Positions 17,218-26,724 of a stretch of 64,000 bases of DNA are shown piece after piece. Each line of letters begins with the position of its first letter. The first letter of the stretch is position 1. Source of the DNA: an uncultured delta proteobacterium (GTDB lineage: Bacteria; Desulfobacterota; Binatia; DP-6); NCBI GenBank assembly GCA_963815115.1, contig CAWFFN010000009.1, forward strand, positions 928,001 to 992,000, read 5' to 3'. The notes beneath the pieces were generated by a model. It ran no database searches, was not told the DNA's origin, and was given only the letters and a program-made list of their open reading frames with translations. Position numbers and translations under genes: made by a program.

Positions 17218-18785
17218 GGCGTCACGCCGTCGATGGCGCGCAGTGCCTCCGCGCTCCGTCCCGCCGCGAGGAGGGACTCGCCCAGCAGGATGCGCGGCTC
17301 GAGGCCGTCGGTGATCTCGACGAGCTGCCCCGCGGCGCGCACGGCGTCCGACGGCCGGCCCGCCAGCTGGTCGACGCTCGCCAGCGTCATGAGCGCGAGC
17401 GGGCGAAGCGGGGGGAGGGTGGCGAGCGCCTCGAGCGCCTGGATGCTGGCGCCGACCCGCCCTTCCACCGCCGCTTCGCGCGCGGCGTCCACCAGCTCGA
17501 TGCCGGCCACGAAGCGCCGGGGATCGGGAGCCGCCACCGTCTCCTCGGGTCGTCGGGCGAGGTCGATGTAGCCGAGTGCGGCGAGCTGCTCCTCGATGCC
17601 CGGACCCGGCGCCGGCGCCGGCGCGGGAGGCGGCCGCGTCGCGGCCCACCGCGCCGCCAGCTCCGCGGACACCGCGGGCTCGGCGTCGGCACGATTCGTC
17701 GTCTCCGCGGGATCGGCGACCGTGTCGTACAGCTCCGCAGGCGGCGGCTCGGCGGTGTACTTCCATCGCGTGGTCCGGACGCCCCCGAGCCGTGCCCAGC
17801 CCATGCGGTAGACCGGGCCGAAGCACTCGAAGTAGCCGAGCGTGTCGTCGTCCGCGGATGCCGTCAGGCGACGCTGGAGGGGAACGCCCCGCGATCCCGC
17901 GAGCGGCGGCGCCCCGGTGGCGGCAAGCACGGTCGGGGCCACGTCGATCGTGCGTACGAGGGCGTCCGACCGGGTCCCGGCCGGCAGCCCGGGCCCCGCG
18001 ACGATGAGCGGCACGTGGAGCGTCGAGTCGTAGGCCAGCACGCCGTGCGTGCCCTCGTCGTGCTCCCCGAGGCCCTCCCCGTGATCGCCCACGACCACGA
18101 CCAGCGTCTGGCGGCCGCCGGCTGCGCGCTCGACCCCCGCGAGCAGCCTTCCCACCTCCGCGTCGACCGTCGCCAGTGCGCCGGCGTACGGATCGTCGAG
18201 ACCGTCGAAGGGCCGAGCAGGGCGGCGCGGCTGGTGCACGTCGTAGTAGTGGACCCAGACGAAGAACGGCCGGCTCCGGGGCTGGTCGAGCCAGGCGAGC
18301 GCACGATCGGTCACCGCGCCACCGCTCCGCCGCGGGACCTCGAAACGCAGGGGTTCGCGCGTCGTCTCGACCTCGTCGTCGTAGCGCGCGAAGCCGCGGG
18401 CGAGGCCGAAGCTGTGGTCGAGCACGAAGGCGGCGACGAAGGCTGCGGTGTCGTAGCCGCGAGCAGCCAGGCGTTCCGCGACGGTCGGGATGGCGTCCGC
18501 GAGGACGTAGCGGCCGTTGTCGTGGATGCCGTGCTGGTTGGGGTCGAGCCCGGTCATGATCGTGGCGTGGGACGGCAGGGTGAGCGGCGCGCTGGCGAAG
18601 GCGCGCGTGAAGAGCGCGCCGCGTGCCGCCAGGCCGTCGAGGACCGGGGTGTGGGCCGCCGCATCGCCCATCGCGCCGATCCGGTCGGCCCGCGTCGTGT
18701 CGAGCGTGACGAGCACGACGTCCGGCAGCTGCGGCCGGCCGCAGGCGACGAGGACGATCGCCAGCACGCAGAGCGCGAGCCTCAC
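17178..18785 (-). CDS. Sulfatase/alkaline-phosphatase-superfamily lipoprotein (TLPSH type), N-terminal part of a frameshifted sulfatase-TPR gene
   Basis: Lipobox LVAC, LVTLDTTRAD, TLPSHATIMTG, FVWVHYYDVH, GDHGEGLGEH, LAALGY. Confidence 0.88.
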   Translation of the reverse strand: MRLALCVLAIVLVACGRPQLPDVVLVTLDTTRADRIGAMGDAAAHTPVLDGLAARGALFTRAFASAPLTLPSHATIMTGLDPNQHGIHDNGRYVLADAIPTVAERLAARGYDTAAFVAAFVLDHSFGLARGFARYDDEVETTREPLRFEVPRRSGGAVTDRALAWLDQPRSRPFFVWVHYYDVHQPRRPARPFDGLDDPYAGALATVDAEVGRLLAGVERAAGGRQTLVVVVGDHGEGLGEHDEGTHGVLAYDSTLHVPLIVAGPGLPAGTRSDALVRTIDVAPTVLAATGAPPLAGSRGVPLQRRLTASADDDTLGYFECFGPVYRMGWARLGGVRTTRWKYTAEPPPAELYDTVADPAETTNRADAEPAVSAELAARWAATRPPPAPAPAPGPGIEEQLAALGYIDLARRPEETVAAPDPRRFVAGIELVDAAREAAVEGRVGASIQALEALATLPPLRPLALMTLASVDQLAGRPSDAVRAAGQLVEITDGLEPRILLGESLLAAGRSAEALRAIDGVTPPLRGHAWCAPVP

Positions 18786-20953
18786 GACGCGCCGCCCCCG
18801 TCCTCGAGCTGGCGCAGCAGGGAGCGGGCGTTGTCCGCCCACGAGGCGCCCGGCCGCAGCGCCAGTGCCGAGCGCGCCAGGGTCGCGGCGCGCTCCGGCT
18901 GGCCGGTGCGGCCGAGCACCACGGCCAGCCGGAAGCGTTCGAGCGCGCGCTGGCCGTCGAGCGCGAGCGCGGCCTCCAGCGCCGCGGTCGCCTCGGCGTC
19001 GCGCCCGACCTTCGCCGCGCCCCAGCCGAGGTTGGCCTGGAGCTCGGCATCGTCGGGGCGGGCGCGCGCTGCCGCCGCGAGCAGGTCGTAGGCCTCCTCG
19101 CGCTGCTCCGGCCGGCCCCAGACGGCGAGGTAGTAGCCGAGCCAGCTCCGCAGCATCGGATCGTCCGGTGCGGCGGCGAGCAGTCCGCGCAGCTCGGCCT
19201 CTCCGTCGGGCAGCGGGGCGACGTCGATGACGAGCGCGGCACGCTGGTGCAGATGCGCGGGCGAGCGCTCGCGGCCCGCGAAGGCGGCGTCGAGGGCCGC
19301 GCGGGCCTCGGCGTGCCGTCCCTGGCGCGCCAGCGCGTGGGCGCGCAGCGTCTGGGTCGTGAGCGCGCGCGGGTCGACGTGCTCGAGCGCGGCGAGGGTG
19401 TCGTGCGTGCGACCGGCGCGGAGCTGGACGCGCGCCAGGCCGAGCCAGGCCTCGGAAGCGCCGGTGAGCGCGATGTAGTCGCGATAGGCTGCCACCGCGT
19501 CGTCGATGCGGCCCTGCTCGGCGTAGATGGGCGCGAGCGTTCGCAGCACGAACGCGCGTACCGCGGCGCTCTGGCGCAGCGTCTCCAGCATCTCGATGGC
19601 GCGGGCATGGCCGCCCGCGCTGGCGAGCCCGCGGGCCTCGTCGATCATGTCACGGATGCCCGCGAGCCGGCGTGGATCGGGCGCCGTTCCCGGCGCGGGC
19701 GCCGACGGGACCTCGACGTAGCCGAGCGCGGCCAGCCGCTCCTGCTCGTCGAGCGGCACCGGCTCGACCGGTGCGGGCGCCACCGGGACCGCCTGGCCGA
19801 GGAGGCGTGCCCGCCGCGCCTCCAGCTCGACCACCACGGCGGATTCGTCGGCAACTCGGTTCCGCGTCTCGCCGGCGTCGGCCAGCACGTCGTACAGCTC
19901 GTGCGGCTCCGGCGTGACCGTGTATTTCCAGCGCGCCGTCCGCACGCCCTCGATCGCCGCCCAGCCGAGCTCCATCAGCGGGCCGCGGCTCTCGAAGTAC
20001 CCGACGGCGCCGTCGTCGCCGCCTGCCCGGGTTGCCGCGACGAGGCAGCGGCCCGGAAGCTCGCGCGGGACGGGAACGCCGACGAGGGCGAGGACCGTCG
20101 GGACGAGGTCGATGTGGCGCGCGAGGACGTCGCTGCGGACGCCCGAAGGCACGCCGGGACCCGCGAGCACCAGCGGGACGTGCAGGGTCGAATCATAGGC
20201 GAGGATGCCGTGCGTGCGCTCGCCGTGCTCGCCCAGCCCCTCGCCGTGGTCGGCGGTGAACACGACGAGCAGGCCGCGCTGCCCTCCACGCTGCGCGATG
20301 GCGGCGAGCAACCGGCCGAGCTGCTCGTCGTCGTACGCGATCTCGGCGGCGTAGCGGTCGGGCATGGCGTCGAAGGCCGGCTTCGGGTCACGCGGCAGGT
20401 GGGCGTCGTAGTAGTGCGTCCACAGGAAGAACGGACGATCCCGCGGTCGGCCGCGCAGCCAGCCGATCGCGCGATCGGTGACCTCGGCGCCGGGGCGGGT
20501 CGGGACCGCGAAGTCGAGGCCGCCGCGGGGCGCCCGGGTCTCGTCGTCGTAGAGGTCGAAGCCCTGGTCGAGGCGGTAGCGGGCGTCGAGCACCATCGCC
20601 GACACGACGGCCGCCGTGTCGTATCCCACCGCGTGCAGCCGCTCTGCCAGCGTCTCGAGGGCGTCGGGCACCCGGAAGCGGCCGTTGTCGTGGACCCCGT
20701 GGGCGAACGGCTCCAGGCCGGTCATGATCGTGGTGTGCGACGGCAAGGTCAGGCCGACGCTCGCGTACGCCCGGTCGAGCAGCAGGCCGCGGGCCGCCAG
20801 GGCATCCACGGTAGGCGTGCGCGCCTCCGGGTCGCCCGTGCAGCCGAATCGATCGTAGCGCGTGGTGTCGAAGGTGACCAGGAGCACGTCCGGTGGTGCT
20901 GCGCGCCCGCAGGCCGCGAGCACCGCAAGGAAGATGCCGAGGATGCCTCGCAT
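18782..20953 (-). CDS. Sulfatase-fold plus TPR lipoprotein (TLPSH type)
   Basis: Lipobox LAAC, LVTFDTTRYD, TLPSHTTIMTG, ADHGEGLGEHGE and C-terminal TPRs. Confidence 0.9.
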   Translation of the reverse strand: MRGILGIFLAVLAACGRAAPPDVLLVTFDTTRYDRFGCTGDPEARTPTVDALAARGLLLDRAYASVGLTLPSHTTIMTGLEPFAHGVHDNGRFRVPDALETLAERLHAVGYDTAAVVSAMVLDARYRLDQGFDLYDDETRAPRGGLDFAVPTRPGAEVTDRAIGWLRGRPRDRPFFLWTHYYDAHLPRDPKPAFDAMPDRYAAEIAYDDEQLGRLLAAIAQRGGQRGLLVVFTADHGEGLGEHGERTHGILAYDSTLHVPLVLAGPGVPSGVRSDVLARHIDLVPTVLALVGVPVPRELPGRCLVAATRAGGDDGAVGYFESRGPLMELGWAAIEGVRTARWKYTVTPEPHELYDVLADAGETRNRVADESAVVVELEARRARLLGQAVPVAPAPVEPVPLDEQERLAALGYVEVPSAPAPGTAPDPRRLAGIRDMIDEARGLASAGGHARAIEMLETLRQSAAVRAFVLRTLAPIYAEQGRIDDAVAAYRDYIALTGASEAWLGLARVQLRAGRTHDTLAALEHVDPRALTTQTLRAHALARQGRHAEARAALDAAFAGRERSPAHLHQRAALVIDVAPLPDGEAELRGLLAAAPDDPMLRSWLGYYLAVWGRPEQREEAYDLLAAAARARPDDAELQANLGWGAAKVGRDAEATAALEAALALDGQRALERFRLAVVLGRTGQPERAATLARSALALRPGASWADNARSLLRQLEDGGGAS

Positions 20954-21042
20954 GCCGGTGCGCCGTCGGGCGCATGCTACGCAGAAAGCTCCTCGCCGCG
21001 CCAGGGTTCGCTCGCCGCACCCGTCTCGGATATAGGGCACGG

Positions 21043-21453
21043 ATGTCGAAGTCGGGGGACCTCGTCGGAGTGCTGCTGCTCGTGGTCGCCGCCGCCGCGC
21101 CCGTCTCCGCGGGAGAGGTCAATCCCTGCCGGGAGGACGTGGCGCGTCTGTGCGCCGGGGTCATGCCGGGAGAGGGCCGCCTGCGCGACTGCATCCGGAC
21201 CCACGCCCGGGATCTCTCGCCCGGGTGCAGCGCGCGGCTGCAGGCCGCCGAGCGGATGTCGGACGCGGCCCGCCTCGACCCGCGCGGCGCCGTCGCGTGT
21301 CGTGGCGACGTGGAGCGCCTGTGCAAGGGCATCCCGTCGGGCGGCGGCCGCTGGCTGCGCTGCCTCCAGGAGCACGCCACCGACCTGTCCGACGCGTGCC
21401 GTTCGATGATTCGCGAGGCGACGGCCCGCGCCGGCGCCGCGGCGACGAAGTGA
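21043..21453 (+). CDS. Secreted cysteine-rich repeat protein (two GLG1-like repeats)
   Basis: Signal peptide and two copies of C-x2-D-x3-LC-x-G-x3-G-x-GR-x3-C-x7-LS-x2-C. Confidence 0.8.
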   Translation: MSKSGDLVGVLLLVVAAAAPVSAGEVNPCREDVARLCAGVMPGEGRLRDCIRTHARDLSPGCSARLQAAERMSDAARLDPRGAVACRGDVERLCKGIPSGGGRWLRCLQEHATDLSDACRSMIREATARAGAAATK

Positions 21454-21477
21454 CCGCGCCCGGCGAGTGACGCGGCG

Positions 21478-24192
21478 TCACGCGGGCGGGCCCGAGACCT
21501 GGCCCGCCGCGCCCGCGCCGCGGGCGAGGATCGCTGCGGGGGACGCCGCGCCGAAGACGGCGAACATCTTGGCCACCAGCCCCGTCCAGCCCGTCTGGTG
21601 GCTGGCGCCGATCCCGGCGCCGTTGTCGCCGTGGAAATACTCGTAGAAGAGCAGGTGGTCGCGCCAGTGGGGGTCGGTCTGGAACTTTGTCGAGTCGCCG
21701 AAGACCGGCCGGCGGCCGTCGGGTCCGCGCACGAAGAGGGCGCCGATGCGCCGGGCGATCTCCCGCGCCACCTCGAAGAGGGTGAGACGCCGCCCCGAGC
21801 CGGTCGGGCATTCCACGGTGAACGCGTCGCCATAGTAGCTGTAGAGCTGGAGGAGCGAGCGGATGACCATCGCGTTCATCGGCAGCCAGATCGGGCCGCG
21901 CCAGTTCGAATTGCCGCCGAACAGGCCGGTCGTCGACTCCGCGGGCTCGTAGGCCACGCGGTACTCCTCGCCGTGGAGCGCGAAGACGTAGGGGTGCTCG
22001 AGGTGAAAGCGGGAGAGCGCGCGGATGCCGTACGCACCCAGGAACTCGCGCTCGTCGAGGAGATAGCCCAGGACGCGCCGCAGCTTGGCCTCGTTCAGCA
22101 CCGACAGCAGCCGGCGCCCGGCGACGCCCGGACGGTCGGGCGCCGCGATGTTGGCGACGAGCTCCGTGTGGTAGCGCATGAAGCGCCGGGCGCGCGCCGC
22201 GAGGGTCGGAAAGCGTTCCACGATCTCGGATGAGAGCGTCGTGCTGGCGCACAGGGGGAGCAGGCCCACCATCGAGCGCACCTTCAGGCGGCTCGCGCCG
22301 CCGTCGGGCAGCCGGAGCACGTCGTAGAAGAAGCCGTCCGCCTCGTCCCACATCTCGTTGTTGCGATCGCCGATGCGATCCATGGCCGCCGATATCCAGA
22401 GGTAGTGCTCGAAGAAGCGCAGCGCGGAATCCTCGTACACCGGGTCGTGCTGCGCGATCTCGAGCGAGATCTCGAGCATGTTCTGCGCGAACAGCACCAT
22501 CCACGCGGTGCCGTCGGCCTGCTCGAGCCGGCCGCCCGTCGGGAGCGGCCGGCTGCGGTCGAAGACCCCGATGTTGTCGAGGCCGAGGAAGCCGCCCTCG
22601 AACACGTTCCGGCCGCCCGGATCCTTGCGATTGAGCCACCAGGTGAAGTTGCGCACGAGGCCGTGGAACGCGCTGCGCAGGAAGCGGACGTCGCCGGCGC
22701 CGCGACGGGCCTTCTCCTCGTGATAGATGAAGAGCGTGGCCCAGGCGTGCACCGGGGGGTTCACGTCGCCGAAGTTCCACTCGTAGGCGGGGACCTGGCC
22801 GCTCGGGTGCTGGTAGACGTCACGCAGCATGAGCTCGAGCTGCTGCTTCGCGAAGTCGAGGTCGACGACGGACAGGGCCACGGTGTGGAACGCCAGGTCC
22901 CAGGCCGCGAACCAGGGATACTCCCACTTGTCCGGCATCGAGATGACGTCGTCGTTCACCATGTGGAACCAGTCGACGTTGCGACAGTCCGGCCAGCGCA
23001 TGTCGCTGAGCGGATGGGCCCCGTGCGCCTCGAGCCACGCGTCGAGGTCGAAGAAGTAGTACTGCTTGCTCCACAGCATGCCCGCCAGCGCCTGACGCAT
23101 GACGAGGCGCTCGTCGGCCGTGAGCGACGGCGGGGTGATCGCGTCGTAGAACGCGTCCGCCTCCTGCAGGCGCGTGGCCACCATTGCGTCGAAGCCGGCG
23201 AAGGCGTCGCCCGCACCCGGGCCGGCGTCGGTGAGGCGCAGACGCAGCACCGCCGTCCCGCCCGGCGCCACCTCGAGCCGGTAGTGGGCGGCAGCCTTCG
23301 TGCCGGTCTGCACCGGGTTGACGGCGTCGGCGCGTCCCCGCACGACGTGGTCGTTGATGCCGTCCTTCACGTAGGGCTGCGCGTTCGGGGTGCCGAACAG
23401 GCGCGCGGTGTTGGTGGCGTTCTCCGTGAAGAGGAGCGGCACCGAGCCCTCGCACGACAGCCAGCGCCGCCCGAGCTGGGCGTGCGTCGCCGCGATGACG
23501 CTCGTCCCGGCGGCGCCCTGAGCCGCCGCCAGCACCGGCTTCGCATCGCCGCCATCGGCGGGCCAGGTCCTGCGGAACCACAGCGTCGGCAGGACGTGCA
23601 GGGTCGCCGTCTCGGAGCCGCGGTTGGAGACGGCGATGCGGATCAGGATGTCCTCGGGCGCGGCCTTGGCGTACTCCACCGCGACGTCGAAGTAGCGGTC
23701 GTCGTCGAAGATGCCGGTGTCGAGCAGCTCGTACTCGAGCTCGTGGCGGCTGCGCGCCCGATTGGTCCGCACCAGGTCCTCGTAGGGGTAGGCGCGCTGC
23801 GGGTACTTGTAGAGCCACTTCATGTACGAGTGGGTGGGCGTGGAGTCGAGGTAGAAGTAGTATTCCTTCACGTCCTCGCCGTGGTTGCCCTCGCTGTTGG
23901 TGAGGCCGAAGAGGCGCTCCTTCAGGATCGGATCGGCGCCGTTCCACAGTGCGAGGGCGAAGCACAGCTGCTGCTTGTCGTCGGAGAAGCCGGCCAGGCC
24001 GTCCTCGCCCCAGCCGTAGGCACGTGACCTCGCGTGGTCGTGGGTGAAGTAGTCCCACGCCGCGCCGTCGGAGCTGTAGTCCTCGCGGACGGTGCCCCAC
24101 TGGCGCTCGCTGAGATACGGACCCCACTTCCGCCACGCGATGCCCTGCTCGCGGGCTTCGTCGAGCCGGTTCCTCTCCGCGTCGGTCGCCAT
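21478..24192 (-). CDS. Glycoside hydrolase, GH63-related/MGH1-like glucosidase
   Basis: WGPYLSERQWGTVREDYS, SMPDKWEYPWFAAWDLAFH, GGFLGLDNIG, GGNSNWRGPIW, YEYFHGDNGAGIGASHQTGWTG. Confidence 0.92.
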   Translation of the reverse strand: MATDAERNRLDEAREQGIAWRKWGPYLSERQWGTVREDYSSDGAAWDYFTHDHARSRAYGWGEDGLAGFSDDKQQLCFALALWNGADPILKERLFGLTNSEGNHGEDVKEYYFYLDSTPTHSYMKWLYKYPQRAYPYEDLVRTNRARSRHELEYELLDTGIFDDDRYFDVAVEYAKAAPEDILIRIAVSNRGSETATLHVLPTLWFRRTWPADGGDAKPVLAAAQGAAGTSVIAATHAQLGRRWLSCEGSVPLLFTENATNTARLFGTPNAQPYVKDGINDHVVRGRADAVNPVQTGTKAAAHYRLEVAPGGTAVLRLRLTDAGPGAGDAFAGFDAMVATRLQEADAFYDAITPPSLTADERLVMRQALAGMLWSKQYYFFDLDAWLEAHGAHPLSDMRWPDCRNVDWFHMVNDDVISMPDKWEYPWFAAWDLAFHTVALSVVDLDFAKQQLELMLRDVYQHPSGQVPAYEWNFGDVNPPVHAWATLFIYHEEKARRGAGDVRFLRSAFHGLVRNFTWWLNRKDPGGRNVFEGGFLGLDNIGVFDRSRPLPTGGRLEQADGTAWMVLFAQNMLEISLEIAQHDPVYEDSALRFFEHYLWISAAMDRIGDRNNEMWDEADGFFYDVLRLPDGGASRLKVRSMVGLLPLCASTTLSSEIVERFPTLAARARRFMRYHTELVANIAAPDRPGVAGRRLLSVLNEAKLRRVLGYLLDEREFLGAYGIRALSRFHLEHPYVFALHGEEYRVAYEPAESTTGLFGGNSNWRGPIWLPMNAMVIRSLLQLYSYYGDAFTVECPTGSGRRLTLFEVAREIARRIGALFVRGPDGRRPVFGDSTKFQTDPHWRDHLLFYEYFHGDNGAGIGASHQTGWTGLVAKMFAVFGAASPAAILARGAGAAGQVSGPPA

Positions 24193-24225
24193 GGGACAGG
24201 GGAGCTAGCCGAGCGCGTGACCTAA

Positions 24226-26619
24226 CTAAGGCGACAGGTCGGTCCCGCGGCTGGCGAGGAATCGCAGCGCCTGCTGGCGAACCCGGGGCAGGGCGAGGAT
24301 GCCGTGGCCTTGCGGCGGCGGGAAGCGCCACAGCCCCGCGACGCCGCCCGTGGCGGCGTCGGCGCGGTTCGCGGGCAACGCGATGGCGCGGGCGAGCGCC
24401 TCCGTGAGCGGGTTCGCGACGACGGCGTCACCGATGCCCTCCTGCACGAGCACGGGCTTCGGACCCGCGGCGTGCGGCTCGAGCCGCAGCCAGCGCGCGT
24501 AGCAGGAGCCGTCGCCGGGATCGAGCTGGGTCTGGAAGTCCAGCGCGGCTGCATCGAGAAGGGCGGCGAAGTCGGGATTGCCGAGACACGAGGTGCCTGC
24601 GGCGCAGCCCCCTGCGCTCGTGCACGCGGCGGCGCTCGGATCGCCCCCGCAGACCTGAACCGGGATGCCGGCCTGGGTCGCGAAGCGCGCCAGGAACGAC
24701 GCGGCAAACGGCGACGCGGCGCCGGCGAGCTGGGAGAGCTTGCCGCCGGGCACGTTCAGGAGGGCGAAGGTGATCGCCGGGTCGACCGCGGTGTACACGC
24801 CCCCGACGACCCCGCCCAGCGACTGGCCGAGAAAGCCGAGGGCGGGCCCGCGGACCTCGGGTACGCCGTCACCATCGACGTCCAGTCCGTTCCGGAGCAT
24901 GCGCACGAGGGCGAGGAGGTCGACCGAGCTCTGCCGGAAGTTGTTGCCGAAGGCGTTGAAGTCGTCGAAATCGAAGAAGTCGAGGAAGCTGCCGCGCGGG
25001 CCGTGCTCGGGTGCGGGGATCCCGATGAGCGCGAGCCCGGCGGCGGTGAAGTCGGCTGCGAACTGCGCGACGATCGTGTCGTCGCCCCCGAATCCGTGCT
25101 GGATCACGACCGTGGGAAAGGGCGGGGTGCCGTGCACCGGCAGCGCGAGGAGGAACTCGATGCGAACACCCGGCGGCTCGGCGCTGCCGTCGAGGAAGCG
25201 CGCCGGGAAGCGCCCGTTCTCGCGGTAGTCTGGAGACGGGAACGTGCCGCGCACCATGGCGCCGACCGGCGACGGCGGGTTGCCTCCGAAGAACGCCGCG
25301 AAGGCGGAGTCACCGGGATGGAAGACGCCGAAGGTGCGCGCGTCGTCGGGATCCGGGTCCGCGAAGTCGACGGACGGCGGCGGACGGGCGTCGATCTGCT
25401 GGCGGATGCGGTCGAGCTGGCCTGCGACGTCCTCGACCGGGAACACCGTCGCCAGCACGACGCCGCGGCGGTCGAGGCCGCGCTCGCGCTCGAGAGCGGC
25501 GAGCACGCCCGACAGCGGCGTTCCCGGGGCGATCTCGAGGAGCAGCAGCCGATCGGGCGTGGCGTGCTCGAGATCGATCGCCGCCTCGAAGCTCAGCACG
25601 ACGGGCGTGTTCGGGCTGAAGCCGTGGTGCTCCTCGCTGCCGGCATCGAGCTGACGCAGGAAGGCGCGCACGCCGTCCAGGCGTGGCATCGCCGGCAGGC
25701 CGCGGGCGCTGAAGCCGTCGGGAACGACGACGGTCCCGTCGGCGCGCACCAGGCGATCGCTCGGGAACGGATTGCGCGGATCGGACGGGTCGCCGGTGAA
25801 GATGCCCTGCGGCCCGGGGGCCGGGTGCCCCGGCAGCCCGGCCGCGGCCCGGAGCGACGCGCTCGCCCGCAGCCGTCCCCCGCGGGTGCGCAGGCGGCGC
25901 GTGGCGACGAGGGCATACGTGGCGCCGCTGCGAAGCGGGCGTACGGGGACGACGCGCAGCCGTTCCGGCACGTAGTCCGCGAGCACCAGGGACTCGATCT
26001 CGGCCCCGAGCACGCCGCTGCCCCCGCAGGTGATCGGCACCTGCTCGACGTCCCGCCGCGCGCCGTCACCGCTCCGCACGGTCACGCGGACGACCTGAGC
26101 ACCGGCCGGCGTGCAGGACAGTCGGAGCCAGCCCTGGGTTGCGGAGACGTTCCCCGGGTCCGGAGTCACCGCCGCTCCCGCACCGAGCTGCACGGTGAGG
26201 GTTGCCGGGTCGGCGTCGGGGGCGAGCCGCACCAGCACGAAGAGGTCACCGCCTTCGACGTGCTCCCGGCGGCGTGGGCTCAGCACCTCGACCAGCTCGG
26301 GGCACGGATGGTGTCGCAGCCGGGCGATGGTGGCGCGCCGGAGGGCATCGGTCAGGGCCAGGTCGGCGTCGTCGCCGAGCCGGGCGAGCGGCCGGCGCAT
26401 CCCGCGCAGCTCGCGGCGGGCGGTGCCCGTCTCTCCCGCGGCGCAGGAGCTCGTGGCGTGCGCCAGCCGCCGTTGCACCGCCGCCGCGCCGTCTCCGCCG
26501 CGCTCGGCGAGGACCTCGACCCGGCACGAGAGCCCGTCGAGGCCGGGCTCGTCGGGACATGGACCCGCGGCGTGCGCGGCCGCGGCGCCGAGCAGCACGA
26601 CGGCGAGGACGATGCGCAT
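24226..26619 (-). CDS. Secreted multidomain alpha/beta-hydrolase (extracellular lipase-like)
   Basis: Signal peptide MRIVLAVVLLGAAAAHA, NPFPSD, IQHGFGG, nucleophile elbow GQSLGG, GDAVVAN and GHG. Confidence 0.8.
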   Translation of the reverse strand: MRIVLAVVLLGAAAAHAAGPCPDEPGLDGLSCRVEVLAERGGDGAAAVQRRLAHATSSCAAGETGTARRELRGMRRPLARLGDDADLALTDALRRATIARLRHHPCPELVEVLSPRRREHVEGGDLFVLVRLAPDADPATLTVQLGAGAAVTPDPGNVSATQGWLRLSCTPAGAQVVRVTVRSGDGARRDVEQVPITCGGSGVLGAEIESLVLADYVPERLRVVPVRPLRSGATYALVATRRLRTRGGRLRASASLRAAAGLPGHPAPGPQGIFTGDPSDPRNPFPSDRLVRADGTVVVPDGFSARGLPAMPRLDGVRAFLRQLDAGSEEHHGFSPNTPVVLSFEAAIDLEHATPDRLLLLEIAPGTPLSGVLAALERERGLDRRGVVLATVFPVEDVAGQLDRIRQQIDARPPPSVDFADPDPDDARTFGVFHPGDSAFAAFFGGNPPSPVGAMVRGTFPSPDYRENGRFPARFLDGSAEPPGVRIEFLLALPVHGTPPFPTVVIQHGFGGDDTIVAQFAADFTAAGLALIGIPAPEHGPRGSFLDFFDFDDFNAFGNNFRQSSVDLLALVRMLRNGLDVDGDGVPEVRGPALGFLGQSLGGVVGGVYTAVDPAITFALLNVPGGKLSQLAGAASPFAASFLARFATQAGIPVQVCGGDPSAAACTSAGGCAAGTSCLGNPDFAALLDAAALDFQTQLDPGDGSCYARWLRLEPHAAGPKPVLVQEGIGDAVVANPLTEALARAIALPANRADAATGGVAGLWRFPPPQGHGILALPRVRQQALRFLASRGTDLSP

Positions 26620-26724
26620 GCGCTCCGCCGACCACGGGCGGCCGTTGCGTGTCAAGGCGAAGCGCGCCATTGCGTCACGCCGCCCGCGAGATGCTATGAG
26701 CGGGCCGCAGGGAGAACGCCGGCG

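Noticed and set aside
17220-19608. N-terminal 800 codons of the 1071-aa ORF 16393-19608
   Set aside because: Off-frame overlap with the two sulfatase-fold genes. Only the TPR part below about 17217 looks coding.
21467-21481. GTGACGC-G-GCGTCAC palindrome between convergent genes
   Set aside because: A 1-nt loop overlapping a stop codon in GC-rich DNA, not repeated elsewhere, so it could be chance.
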